Origin: a virus
Strand: one strand, 5' to 3'
Virus record (IMG/VR): IMGVR_UViG_3300005748_000015
Coordinates: 32,001-96,000 of that record
Length of the DNA stretch: 64,000 nucleotides
A program made the translations under genes and the position numbers. This document shows, one piece after another, positions 39,024 through 47,717 of the stretch. Within the stretch, counting starts at the first letter, position 1. The number at the start of each line of letters is the position of its first letter. The notes beneath the pieces were generated by a model. It made no database searches. It had not been told where the DNA came from and saw only the letters and a list, made by a program, of their open reading frames with translations.

Positions 39024-39259
39024 TCGTGTATCTCCTTAATTTTATCAACAAAAACATCTTTTGACATATCTCTTTTCATATAGTTGCATTCACTACAACA
39101 AGGTACTACGTTATCTTTATTGTGAGGTAATTTTTGATTTAACCTATCTAGTCCGTTATATATAAAAAAACATTTTTCTATATTATCTCGAAAAGACATT
39201 TGTGTAAAATATTCTTCACCTTTTAATTGAAGCTCTTCTAATTCTTTTTGTAATGACAT
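39002..39259 (-). mobile_element. Truncated HNH homing-endonuclease remnant with an NrdA-like N-terminus
   Basis: YNGLDR...NVVPCCSECNYMK HNH core; first 15 aa mirror the NrdA start. Confidence 0.65.
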
Positions 39260-39262
39260 TTT

Positions 39263-39472
39263 CTACCCTTTAAATCCTATTTCTTTCATTTCTGAATCGG
39301 TAAAACAAATATTGTAATGTATATACTCTCTACCACAATCCTCGTGTTCTTCTGATTTGTATCCACTCACATTCCCAGCAATAAAGGGGATATTACATAT
39401 AACCTCTTTTTTACACTTTAAACATTTACCTTTAATATATTCTTTGGGCCAAGGTCTTTTTTCTTTACTCAT
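39263..39472 (-). CDS. Small Cys-containing hypothetical protein
   Basis: CLKC...H..CG. Confidence 0.5.
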   Translation of the reverse strand: MSKEKRPWPKEYIKGKCLKCKKEVICNIPFIAGNVSGYKSEEHEDCGREYIHYNICFTDSEMKEIGFKG

Positions 39473-40437
39473 TATTCTTCCTCAAATAAATTATCTATTG
39501 TAAATTGACACTTAGCATAATCGGTAACACGACTACTAAAAAAATCTGTCAACTTAGTTCCACCACTAAGCTCATCAAACCATGCCATTTTTTTGAGACT
39601 TTCCTGGTCAATATTTTTCCAGTTAGTTTTAAGTCCTAAATCATGTAGTTTAGCATTAGCCCTCATTCTAATAAAATTTTTAAGATCACTAGGATTAAGG
39701 CCTCTAATTTCGCCTAAGCTAAATGCGTTTTCAATAAAATCATCCTCTAGCTTTACCGATAGTCTTGCTGCATTGTATATTTCTTTTTTAAGTTCATCAT
39801 CCCATATGTCAGGATTTTCTTCAATAAAAGTTCTGAACAACCAGCAACCAGCTTCTGAATGTAAGGATTCATCACGCACTGACCAGCTAACTATTGTTTC
39901 AACGCCTTCTAACAAATTAAAACGTGAAAAATTCATAAGTATTGCAAAGGAACTAAATAAATTTACACCTTCAGTAAATCCACTAAATATAGCCAGTGAT
40001 CTAGCTATATCTCTTTTGCTTTTGCCTTTAACTTGTTTTAGTGCGTCTAATTTTGCAACAGCAGTTTCGTCTTGTAAAAATGCTGAATAATCATCTAAAC
40101 CCAAACTATCATTAAGATATGAATATCCTACAATATGAATACTTTCCATTGCGCCAAAAGCTGATGCCATCATAGCTATTTCAGGCTTTGGAAACCATTT
40201 AGAAATTCTTGTGCTCCAATATTCATTAACATTTATTTCTGTTTGCGTAAATGATTTCAATATCTGACCTATCACAAGTCTTTCTGAATTGGTTAGTTTA
40301 CCTTTCCAATCACTAATATCTTTTGACATAGCTACTTCTGATGGTAGCCAGTGTGCGTTTTGTTGTTTTTCAAAGTATTCGTAAGCACGATTGTACTCAA
40401 AAGGTTTGTAGACTTCTCTGGGTTTTGTTAACGGCAT
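39472..40437 (-). CDS. nrdB: Ribonucleotide reductase class I beta subunit
   Basis: KPFEY, HWLPSEV, ESIH..GY, EGVNLFSSFA, RDESLH, DFF..RVTDY. Confidence 0.95.
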   Translation of the reverse strand: MPLTKPREVYKPFEYNRAYEYFEKQQNAHWLPSEVAMSKDISDWKGKLTNSERLVIGQILKSFTQTEINVNEYWSTRISKWFPKPEIAMMASAFGAMESIHIVGYSYLNDSLGLDDYSAFLQDETAVAKLDALKQVKGKSKRDIARSLAIFSGFTEGVNLFSSFAILMNFSRFNLLEGVETIVSWSVRDESLHSEAGCWLFRTFIEENPDIWDDELKKEIYNAARLSVKLEDDFIENAFSLGEIRGLNPSDLKNFIRMRANAKLHDLGLKTNWKNIDQESLKKMAWFDELSGGTKLTDFFSSRVTDYAKCQFTIDNLFEEE

Positions 40438-40466
40438 ATCACTCCTTGCAACTTTAACTTACAACC

Positions 40467-40477
40467 ATAATATCATA
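40467..40477 (-). promoter_or_regulatory. Extended -10 promoter TATGATATTAT upstream of nrdB
   Basis: Repeated motif. Confidence 0.6.
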
Positions 40478-40489
40478 TTGTTTTTGAAA

Positions 40490-41290
40490 TCAGAAGTAAA
40501 AAATTCTACGGGTAATTAATATTGATATAAACAAAAGTAAAACACGAAAAAATGCTTTACCATACGCTTTGTATCTTATTAAATCAGAAACTTCTTTTGT
40601 AGCACCAGCCGCTTGTTTTTCTTTAAGCTCAATTAATTTTGTTGTCAACTTTTCTTTTTCTAATCTTGTTGCAGAATAATTCCGTGGCCAATCTTTTTTA
40701 AGATAGTAATCCATGTCTTTTTGTTTTTGTTTTATTTGCTCTTCTAACAATATAATTTGTTGAGCGATTACATTTGTATTACTTGTAGTTTTACTACTAT
40801 CAATAAAAGTTTTTGATGTAATAACAAATAGCATTAAACAAAAAATACTTGTTCGTAAAACTCCAACTGCTGCTGTTTGTATTTTTGTATCAGAACGATA
40901 TCCAGATAAAAATATAAAACATACTTCTGTTAGAATTGCTTTTACATAAGTCTTAGTATTAATAGAACCATCAATAGAATAAAACTCTAAAGCTTCACTT
41001 ACAAGAAAGCCTGTGATAGTAACCAATAGTAAAAAATAAAATAACTTGCTAATGTTTCCAAAAACTGTATTATAAATCCACCTTTTTAGCCGTGATTGTT
41101 TCCACTTGTCAAGGTTTTCTTGGCTAAATACTGTATAAACTGACAAAGAAGAATCACTAAAAATTTTTCTAATAAGATCGTTAATCTCATCAAGAAAAGA
41201 CATAGTTTCTTTTTCACTATCTTCTAACTCTACTTGATAGTCTCTTCTAAGTTTGTTTACCTTGTCTAATATTTCTTGATCATTTTTCAT
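40490..41290 (-). CDS. Multi-TM membrane protein with coiled coil
   Basis: Three to four hydrophobic helices flanking a heptad region. Confidence 0.65.
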   Translation of the reverse strand: MKNDQEILDKVNKLRRDYQVELEDSEKETMSFLDEINDLIRKIFSDSSLSVYTVFSQENLDKWKQSRLKRWIYNTVFGNISKLFYFLLLVTITGFLVSEALEFYSIDGSINTKTYVKAILTEVCFIFLSGYRSDTKIQTAAVGVLRTSIFCLMLFVITSKTFIDSSKTTSNTNVIAQQIILLEEQIKQKQKDMDYYLKKDWPRNYSATRLEKEKLTTKLIELKEKQAAGATKEVSDLIRYKAYGKAFFRVLLLFISILITRRIFYF

Positions 41291-41627
41291 CTTTATATTC
41301 TTTATTTAAGAAATCATCCCAATTAAAATTATCATTAACATCTACAGCATAAATTTTTTCTTCTTGTTTATCAATACAAATGTCACGCTTCCATTGTGTG
41401 GTATCTTTAATTTCCGCACCATCTACAAAACCTGGATGTTCAAAGGTAGCAACATAAGGGATAGAAAGATTATAAACGCCTAATTCCTCAATACTGATTA
41501 ATTCTGTATCAAAAGGCAACTGTACCATTACATACCCTACACACCTGTCTATGCATTCTTTTATTTTGTACTTGTCATTTCCACACATCACTCCAGATAC
41601 TTCAAATTTATATGTAATCTGTCCCAT
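41280..41627 (-). CDS. Hypothetical protein
   Basis: Coupled ORF. Confidence 0.55.
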   Translation of the reverse strand: MGQITYKFEVSGVMCGNDKYKIKECIDRCVGYVMVQLPFDTELISIEELGVYNLSIPYVATFEHPGFVDGAEIKDTTQWKRDICIDKQEEKIYAVDVNDNFNWDDFLNKEYKDEK

Positions 41628-42257
41628 TTAAACCTCTTGTTGTTTTTTTCTTTTGGCTTCACGTTCAGTTTTGCGTCTTTCTTTAGCTAATCGCTTTTCT
41701 TCTTTTTCTTCCAAGTGCTCTTGGTATTTTTCTTTTAGCTCTTCAATCTTATCATCCAAATCCCAATCACCAGCTTTGTATTCTGAGTAATCGATATTCT
41801 TTCTAATAAAATTTTCTTTATCACTTTTTATTTTGTGACAACTTGGTTTTCCATCATTCTTTTTTAAAGGTGTACTACAAACAACTTGTAAATTATCTTT
41901 GCCACAAAAAATACGCTCTGCCATTTCATCATAGGTCATATCAGCTTCAACCTTATACAAGGGAACAACTGGATCGATATGATCAACTTGAACATATTTT
42001 TGCATAAACATACCACCACAAATAGCGCACGTATACCTTACTTGAAATCTTTTCCCTGGTGTACCATCCTTTTTTAGTGCTGGCGGTAATTCATGCCTAG
42101 CACGTTGCAATGTCTCCCACATTTGCGGAGACATTCTAAAAGATTGTCTTAAAGCACCTTTTACCCTATTTCTCTCTTGATTCCAACGCCCATTTTCATC
42201 ATACTCTTCATGCACATTTTCCAGCGATCTTTTGGGTTTATTTTTTCTGCGTGGCAT
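41628..42257 (-). CDS. HNH endonuclease
   Basis: CAICG...VQVDHIDPV...NLQVVC...CHKIKS. Confidence 0.8.
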   Translation of the reverse strand: MPRRKNKPKRSLENVHEEYDENGRWNQERNRVKGALRQSFRMSPQMWETLQRARHELPPALKKDGTPGKRFQVRYTCAICGGMFMQKYVQVDHIDPVVPLYKVEADMTYDEMAERIFCGKDNLQVVCSTPLKKNDGKPSCHKIKSDKENFIRKNIDYSEYKAGDWDLDDKIEELKEKYQEHLEEKEEKRLAKERRKTEREAKRKKQQEV

Positions 42258-42763
42258 TACAGCTCTACTCTAATATCCTCAGTTCCAAATTTTTCTTTTA
42301 TATAAAACGAAATATATTTACATTTCATATCTAAAACTTGTATGGTAGGATTATAGTCTTCGTTTATTTGTTTAATCAAGTCAGATATTGCATTTAATTC
42401 TTCATCTTCTTGTTTTTGAAACTCTACAGAAGCAAGCTGTCTCTCATATTCAATTAAATTTTTTTCAAACTGCTCTCTAAGCTCACCTTCAAATTTATAT
42501 CCAAACTTATATATGCAATGCTTCATTTTTTTAATAGCCGAAATTGTTTGGTTGTATGCTTTTGAAAGTTCTGCTTTTTTTATTTTTAATTTTGTTAATT
42601 CTTCGTCACGTTCTTTGGCCATAACAAGGCCTTGTTTTTCACGCATGTAAATGACAAGACTATCTTCAAGTTCTTTTTGTGCTCTCATGTCTTTAATCAT
42701 ATTAGCAAATTGTGGAAACTTTTCTTCAACTTTTTCTTTCAAACTTTTTTTAGACATAACCAA
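42257..42763 (-). CDS. Helical hypothetical protein with internal duplication
   Basis: ERDEEL...YNQTI / QEDEEL...YNPTI halves. Confidence 0.6.
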   Translation of the reverse strand: MVMSKKSLKEKVEEKFPQFANMIKDMRAQKELEDSLVIYMREKQGLVMAKERDEELTKLKIKKAELSKAYNQTISAIKKMKHCIYKFGYKFEGELREQFEKNLIEYERQLASVEFQKQEDEELNAISDLIKQINEDYNPTIQVLDMKCKYISFYIKEKFGTEDIRVEL

Positions 42764-42768
42764 TCTCC

Positions 42769-43128
42769 TTAAAGTTTATCTTCTCTTTTATCAAATTTAG
42801 CTAATCTTTTTAAACAACCTATTTTATTTAAATGCCCTATGGTAGCCTCAATAACACAAAGATTAGGTAAATTACCCTGCGTCACTGGAACCTTTCTTTC
42901 TCCTAAAAAAATCTTCATATTATTGTTAGAAAAATTATGTTTAGCAGACCCAATGATTGCATTTAAATCATGGTTGTCCATTAAATACTCAGCCTTATTT
43001 AGATGAATATATTTATCAAATAACTGTCTAAGCGTTTTTACTTTATCATTTTCTGTTTGATTTCTTATATTTTCAAGGAATCTTATAATATCTGAATTTA
43101 ACTGCTGTTCTAAATCTTTACTAGTCAT
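42769..43128 (-). CDS. Hypothetical protein
   Basis: 119-aa ORF; promoter motif at 43165-43175. Confidence 0.6.
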   Translation of the reverse strand: MTSKDLEQQLNSDIIRFLENIRNQTENDKVKTLRQLFDKYIHLNKAEYLMDNHDLNAIIGSAKHNFSNNNMKIFLGERKVPVTQGNLPNLCVIEATIGHLNKIGCLKRLAKFDKREDKL

Positions 43129-45170
43129 ACTACAAAACTCTCTTCGTTTACTCGCCTTACTTTTATAATATCACACACCATCTCTTTAACCTCAGAAGAA
43201 TGATCTACCATTAATATTTTTTTATCCGTACTAATATTCTTAAGTATTTCTAAACATTGAATTTTAGAAACAGAATCAAGCCCGTCAAAACCTTCATCAA
43301 TAACTGAAAAATTAACACCCTTACGAGTATAGTTTTCAATCATTTCGCCTACAGCCAAGTCTACAGCTAAATCAGCTGCTGTGCGCTCTCCACCAGATAG
43401 TGTCTTAATAGATACGGCCAAATCGCCCTCAAGGTTTATTACGGCATTTACTTCGTTTTTAATCTTACCAGTTTTAGTCTCTTTAGCCCCTTCAAAATAA
43501 ATTACAGCATTGGCCATGTTAGGAATCATATTGATAATCTCAGTAGCTCTAGCACCGATATAATCAAGGGTATCTTGGAATTTCTGGAGAGTGTAGTTTC
43601 TAATAAGCCTAATTGACTCTTCTGATAATACAATATTCTTTTCAATCTTTTCAAGTTCTTCTGTGTTGTTTTCTAATTTAGTTTTAAATGCTTCAATTTT
43701 AATGTTAATATTTTCAACATCTGTCTCGTAAGCTTTTAAAGCATCTTCATAGTTTTTCTGTTTAAGTTCTGCCGTATCAATTTCATACTGAAGTTCAGCA
43801 AGTTTTTCTTTAATTCTGAATTTTTCGTTTTTAAATTCATTTTCAACAAACTGCTGTTGCTGATTCCATTTATTAAATTCTTCAAGGTATTTTTGTTTAG
43901 CCACGCTTTTAACATTGTCTTTTTCATTTTGAAGTTTTCTAACGTCTTCTTCAAGCATTACAAGTGCTTGTTTTTCATCAATGTTAATTTGCTTAAGTTG
44001 TCTATCCTCAAGGATTTCAATAGCTTTCTCTTCCATTACCATTAAGTGTGGTATTCGCTCAATCTCACTTCTATAACCAGCGATCTTTTCTTGATGCATA
44101 CCAGATTTATCTTTTAGCTCTTGTAGCTTATCACCACTATCTTGTTTCCACTCTCTCATACAAGTGGGACATTTTTCCTCTTCAACATGTTCAATTTGCT
44201 CCAATAGTGCGTTATGTCTATTTACCTCATCAATAAGAAGTTCTTTATAACTATTAGCTTTGGTGATATTGTCTTGAATTTTTCTTACAGCAAAGTTGGC
44301 TTGATCAATAGATTCTTTGTGATTTTTTTCATTTTCCTCAATTCTAGTTTTTAAAATTTCAATGTCAGATTTTTTAAGTTGTAAAGTTCCTTCTTTTTCA
44401 AATTTAGGACTTTCTGGCTCTTGTGGTTTAGGGCCAATACTCGTAACCATTTCTGTATATTTAAGTTCTTCACTTTGAAGTTTTTGTTTAAGCACATCCA
44501 TTTCAAGCTTGATCTTGTCGATATCAACGATCTCAGGCTTTACAGGTTTTTCTTTTTGTTTTAAGTGATCTTCAAATTGCTCAACTGTCTTTTGTAGTTC
44601 AAACACAGAACTTTCAAGCTCAATTTTTTTTGGCTTGTATTTATCTTTTAGTACATCATTCATTTTGTTAATTTTATTTTGATACTCTGTAAGATCAAGA
44701 CAGTCGATAAGGAATCCATGCGATTCTTTGGGTGTAAGATTTAAGAAGAACCCACCCTGTTTTTGACGCTTATAACACATTGTTTTAAGGAGTTTTCGAT
44801 TAACCCCGATAATTTGATCTAATTTTTCTTCTGCTAATTTGCTATTGCCTGATACAGTTTCTTCGGGCGTTTGAATAGTTAGCCCATCTTTTTTGGAGCG
44901 AGTAATGGTAATCCCTCCCTCAAATTCACCCTGAACCCAGATAGGAGACTTAGTAATCCTACTCTGCAATTGGGTTGAAGGGATATCCGATATTCCAAGG
45001 AGAAAAGCGAGTGCTTCCACTGTTGTTGATTTTCCTGCTCCACTAGAGCCTCCTGTGTTTGTATTTTCACCATCGATTTGAATAAGATGATCTCGACTTT
45101 CAAGATCAATAGTTTGCTTTTCAACAAACCTACCTATGCCTGAAAATGAATACCGTTTTAATTTTAACAT
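43125..45170 (-). CDS. sbcC: SbcC/Rad50-like SMC ATPase
   Basis: GSSGAGKST, CPTC zinc hook, long coiled coils, LSGGE, IDEGFDGLD, VDH. Confidence 0.92.
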   Translation of the reverse strand: MLKLKRYSFSGIGRFVEKQTIDLESRDHLIQIDGENTNTGGSSGAGKSTTVEALAFLLGISDIPSTQLQSRITKSPIWVQGEFEGGITITRSKKDGLTIQTPEETVSGNSKLAEEKLDQIIGVNRKLLKTMCYKRQKQGGFFLNLTPKESHGFLIDCLDLTEYQNKINKMNDVLKDKYKPKKIELESSVFELQKTVEQFEDHLKQKEKPVKPEIVDIDKIKLEMDVLKQKLQSEELKYTEMVTSIGPKPQEPESPKFEKEGTLQLKKSDIEILKTRIEENEKNHKESIDQANFAVRKIQDNITKANSYKELLIDEVNRHNALLEQIEHVEEEKCPTCMREWKQDSGDKLQELKDKSGMHQEKIAGYRSEIERIPHLMVMEEKAIEILEDRQLKQINIDEKQALVMLEEDVRKLQNEKDNVKSVAKQKYLEEFNKWNQQQQFVENEFKNEKFRIKEKLAELQYEIDTAELKQKNYEDALKAYETDVENINIKIEAFKTKLENNTEELEKIEKNIVLSEESIRLIRNYTLQKFQDTLDYIGARATEIINMIPNMANAVIYFEGAKETKTGKIKNEVNAVINLEGDLAVSIKTLSGGERTAADLAVDLAVGEMIENYTRKGVNFSVIDEGFDGLDSVSKIQCLEILKNISTDKKILMVDHSSEVKEMVCDIIKVRRVNEESFVV
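43165..43175 (-). promoter_or_regulatory. Extended -10 promoter TGTGATATTAT inside the 3' end of sbcC
   Basis: Exact motif match ~37 nt upstream of the next start. Confidence 0.45.
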
Positions 45171-45403
45171 TATTCTCCATTTACTTCTGTAAAATTTACC
45201 ATCATCTTTTCTGATGGATGATAATATAGCCTTGCGTATGTGGCTACGTCTTCTTCATCTACTTCATCATAACCTAAAAGCAGATTAAATTCAACAAATT
45301 GTTTCTTTCTTATTTTATCTATAACTCTTTGACTAACAAGGCCTTTGTAATTAAGGCCTGTGTTTTCATAGGTTAATTCTAATAAGTAAGTTTTTTCACT
45401 CAT
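45170..45403 (-). CDS. Hypothetical protein
   Basis: Coupled ORF. Confidence 0.55.
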   Translation of the reverse strand: MSEKTYLLELTYENTGLNYKGLVSQRVIDKIRKKQFVEFNLLLGYDEVDEEDVATYARLYYHPSEKMMVNFTEVNGE

Positions 45404-45675
45404 TTTAAATTCTCCAACACAGAATCTCCACGTTTTTTTAGATCAGCTTGTTCTCTATCTTCAATAATCTCTACAATCTCTCTATCAAGTTCGGTAGCTT
45501 TAGCTTGTACGCCATTATCAATTACCATTTTACTTCTTTGTGTAGGGCCTGATAAAGTTCGTTTCATTTCTTCCCCACATTCTTCACACTTTATATTGTT
45601 AGTAATTTTTAAAGCGGTTGAGAAGAATTTCTTCTTCTCATAACCGCATGTACATTTGTAACTGATTCTTGGCAT
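45400..45675 (-). CDS. FmdB-like zinc ribbon protein
   Basis: MPRISYKCTCG...CEECGEEMKRTLS. Confidence 0.7.
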   Translation of the reverse strand: MPRISYKCTCGYEKKKFFSTALKITNNIKCEECGEEMKRTLSGPTQRSKMVIDNGVQAKATELDREIVEIIEDREQADLKKRGDSVLENLK

Positions 45676-46652
45676 TAATATTGGCCACTAGTTAAAAATG
45701 TCATATAAACAATTTTTTGTTTTTGAATAGCTTGTTCTTGACTTTTTTGTTTTTGAGCCTCAATGCTTTCAAAAGTCAAAGATTCGTCCATAGCACAAAG
45801 CTCGGCTTTTCTTCCTTTGTCTACAACTTCACCACTATAACTGCTGATTCTTGGTGGTACATCTTTTTTAAGACATTCCTTACCAAATTTGCCGCCCTTG
45901 TTAAGAAACTCATCTACACCCATAAAACCATTGTTAGTTCTAATATTTGCAGTTACGCTAATTGGATATGTGATAATTGGACATCCACTCATAGTTAAAT
46001 CAATTACCATACCAAAGAATTGTACTTTACTTTTTCTAGTTGCTTCGTCAAGCCCTTTGTCGCATCTTACGGTTACGATTTCATCAGCATAACCATTTTC
46101 AACAGCTTCTGCTCCGTTTAACCAAAGCTCATTATCATAGTCTGAACGATATTGAGTAAGAGTCTTAGCACCATTAGTTCTTTTAACGGTTTGTTTGTCC
46201 ATTAAATCAATAGTTCTTAACCATAGACCATACCTAGAGTCTAGCTGAGATGGTCCACCACCAAACTCGCCACCAAGACTACCACGTGCTTTGTGACTCA
46301 TAAGCCTACCATAGTTTAATATATATCTATCGCCAAGATGTTGAACAAGTTGGAATCCCATAGACGCTGAAAAAAGCGTTATAGTATGAATTGGCCTGTT
46401 CAAGCCTTTTAATGCTTCAATAAGTTCAAGACCAGCTTGAATTGAACCGCCTGGTGTATTTAAGAACAAATACATAGGATAACCGTTTTTAAGGTCTGCG
46501 TCTTTTTGCCTTGCCTCTTGGATAAGCTGTGTTACAGATTTAGCTGTAAACGGCTTGTCAAGCACAAGTACGTTGTCTTTAGTTAGTTTGATTTCTTTTG
46601 CCATGGTTAGGCTGGCCGTGAAAAAAAGTGCCAGAATAAGTAATAGCCTCAT
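45675..46652 (-). CDS. ClpP/crotonase-fold serine protease with signal peptide
   Basis: MRLLLILALFFTASLTMA signal; YLFLNTPGGSIQAG, SASMG, LMSH, WLNGAEAVENGYADEI. Confidence 0.8.
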   Translation of the reverse strand: MRLLLILALFFTASLTMAKEIKLTKDNVLVLDKPFTAKSVTQLIQEARQKDADLKNGYPMYLFLNTPGGSIQAGLELIEALKGLNRPIHTITLFSASMGFQLVQHLGDRYILNYGRLMSHKARGSLGGEFGGGPSQLDSRYGLWLRTIDLMDKQTVKRTNGAKTLTQYRSDYDNELWLNGAEAVENGYADEIVTVRCDKGLDEATRKSKVQFFGMVIDLTMSGCPIITYPISVTANIRTNNGFMGVDEFLNKGGKFGKECLKKDVPPRISSYSGEVVDKGRKAELCAMDESLTFESIEAQKQKSQEQAIQKQKIVYMTFLTSGQY

Positions 46653-46684
46653 AATAAACTCCTTTGGAAGCTTTCGTTACATAT

Positions 46685-46712
46685 ATAATATCACATGACT
46701 CTTTCAAGTCAA
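46685..46712 (-). promoter_or_regulatory. Sigma70-type promoter TTGACT-16-TATTAT with TGTG extension
   Basis: Both boxes visible. Confidence 0.7.
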
Positions 46713-46723
46713 ACAAAAAACTT

Positions 46724-47359
46724 TTATTTATCGTTTTTTTCTTCATCTTTTAATTTTGCTAAGGCTCTTAGTGCATCGCCAGCATTTCCTGGTGTAATTT
46801 CGATAGTTTTATCATCGACTTGTTCGACTACACCCCCTGCTGCGTTAATGTTGACTGTTGTGTTACTGCCACCGCTACGGTTTATATTTGAAGGATTAAG
46901 AATTTTTTCAAGCATTTCTATACTTTTAAAATATTGTGTAAGTTGTTTTAAATCAAGACCGTCAATAATATCACGATCTCCCGTTCTTAAATATTGATTA
47001 ATTGCATCACCGTAGTATTTGTGGTGCATATTAATTAAAGATGAAATAAAATTAAGACTTTCAACTCGTGTTTCCGTTACTTTTTTAGTAATATTTTTTT
47101 GAATATCATCAAGATACTCCATGCGTTTTTCGTACCATTTCATTTTAGCTGCCATGTACAAAACTAAATCTTTTTTTACACGTGATATTTTGCTAATTTC
47201 AATGTAAGTTTTTCCACTCATATAGAGAGCAAAAAGATTGTTGACTTTATATTCATCTTTTACAAGAGTTTCAAGGCCAACGCATCCGTTAGATACAAAC
47301 GTATTTATTTTTTCAACTTCATCATCTGTAAAGTCATTATCAATTTTACTCAAGTCCAT
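46724..47359 (-). CDS. HTH protein, possible terminase small subunit
   Basis: LYMSGKTYIEIS...W HTH, helical middle, NTTVNIN C-terminal strand. Confidence 0.4.
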   Translation of the reverse strand: MDLSKIDNDFTDDEVEKINTFVSNGCVGLETLVKDEYKVNNLFALYMSGKTYIEISKISRVKKDLVLYMAAKMKWYEKRMEYLDDIQKNITKKVTETRVESLNFISSLINMHHKYYGDAINQYLRTGDRDIIDGLDLKQLTQYFKSIEMLEKILNPSNINRSGGSNTTVNINAAGGVVEQVDDKTIEITPGNAGDALRALAKLKDEEKNDK

Positions 47360-47717
47360 TCTTATTTCCCTTACTAGAATCTGTATATCCTCTTATACTA
47401 GTTGAGATATCTACTTTAATATCATCCCAAAGCATGTCTCTAACCCAGCTAGTTAGTATTTTACATAACTTAACAAACTCTTCTTCTTTTGGAACATGTT
47501 CAGGCGGTATTTCTAATCTATATATAACATAGCCTTCGCCAGTTTCTTGAGTATATTCTTTGGTAAGATCATATTTAATTTCAACATTTTGCACATTGTC
47601 AAAAATAATATACGGCCATTTTTGAAGGCTTTCTTCGTGAACACTAGAGATTTCACCAGTTAGCATGGTAATTTTTCTCATGTCTTCCAATATACCTGAT
47701 ACTGCTTCTTTCTTCAT
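47346..47717 (-). CDS. Hypothetical protein
   Basis: Coupled ORF. Confidence 0.6.
   Translation of the reverse strand: MKKEAVSGILEDMRKITMLTGEISSVHEESLQKWPYIIFDNVQNVEIKYDLTKEYTQETGEGYVIYRLEIPPEHVPKEEEFVKLCKILTSWVRDMLWDDIKVDISTSIRGYTDSSKGNKNGLE

Noticed and set aside
39593-40090. 165-aa plus-strand ORF and the other short antisense or nested ORFs in the track
   Set aside because: Shadows of well-supported opposite-strand genes, with no SD or motifs.
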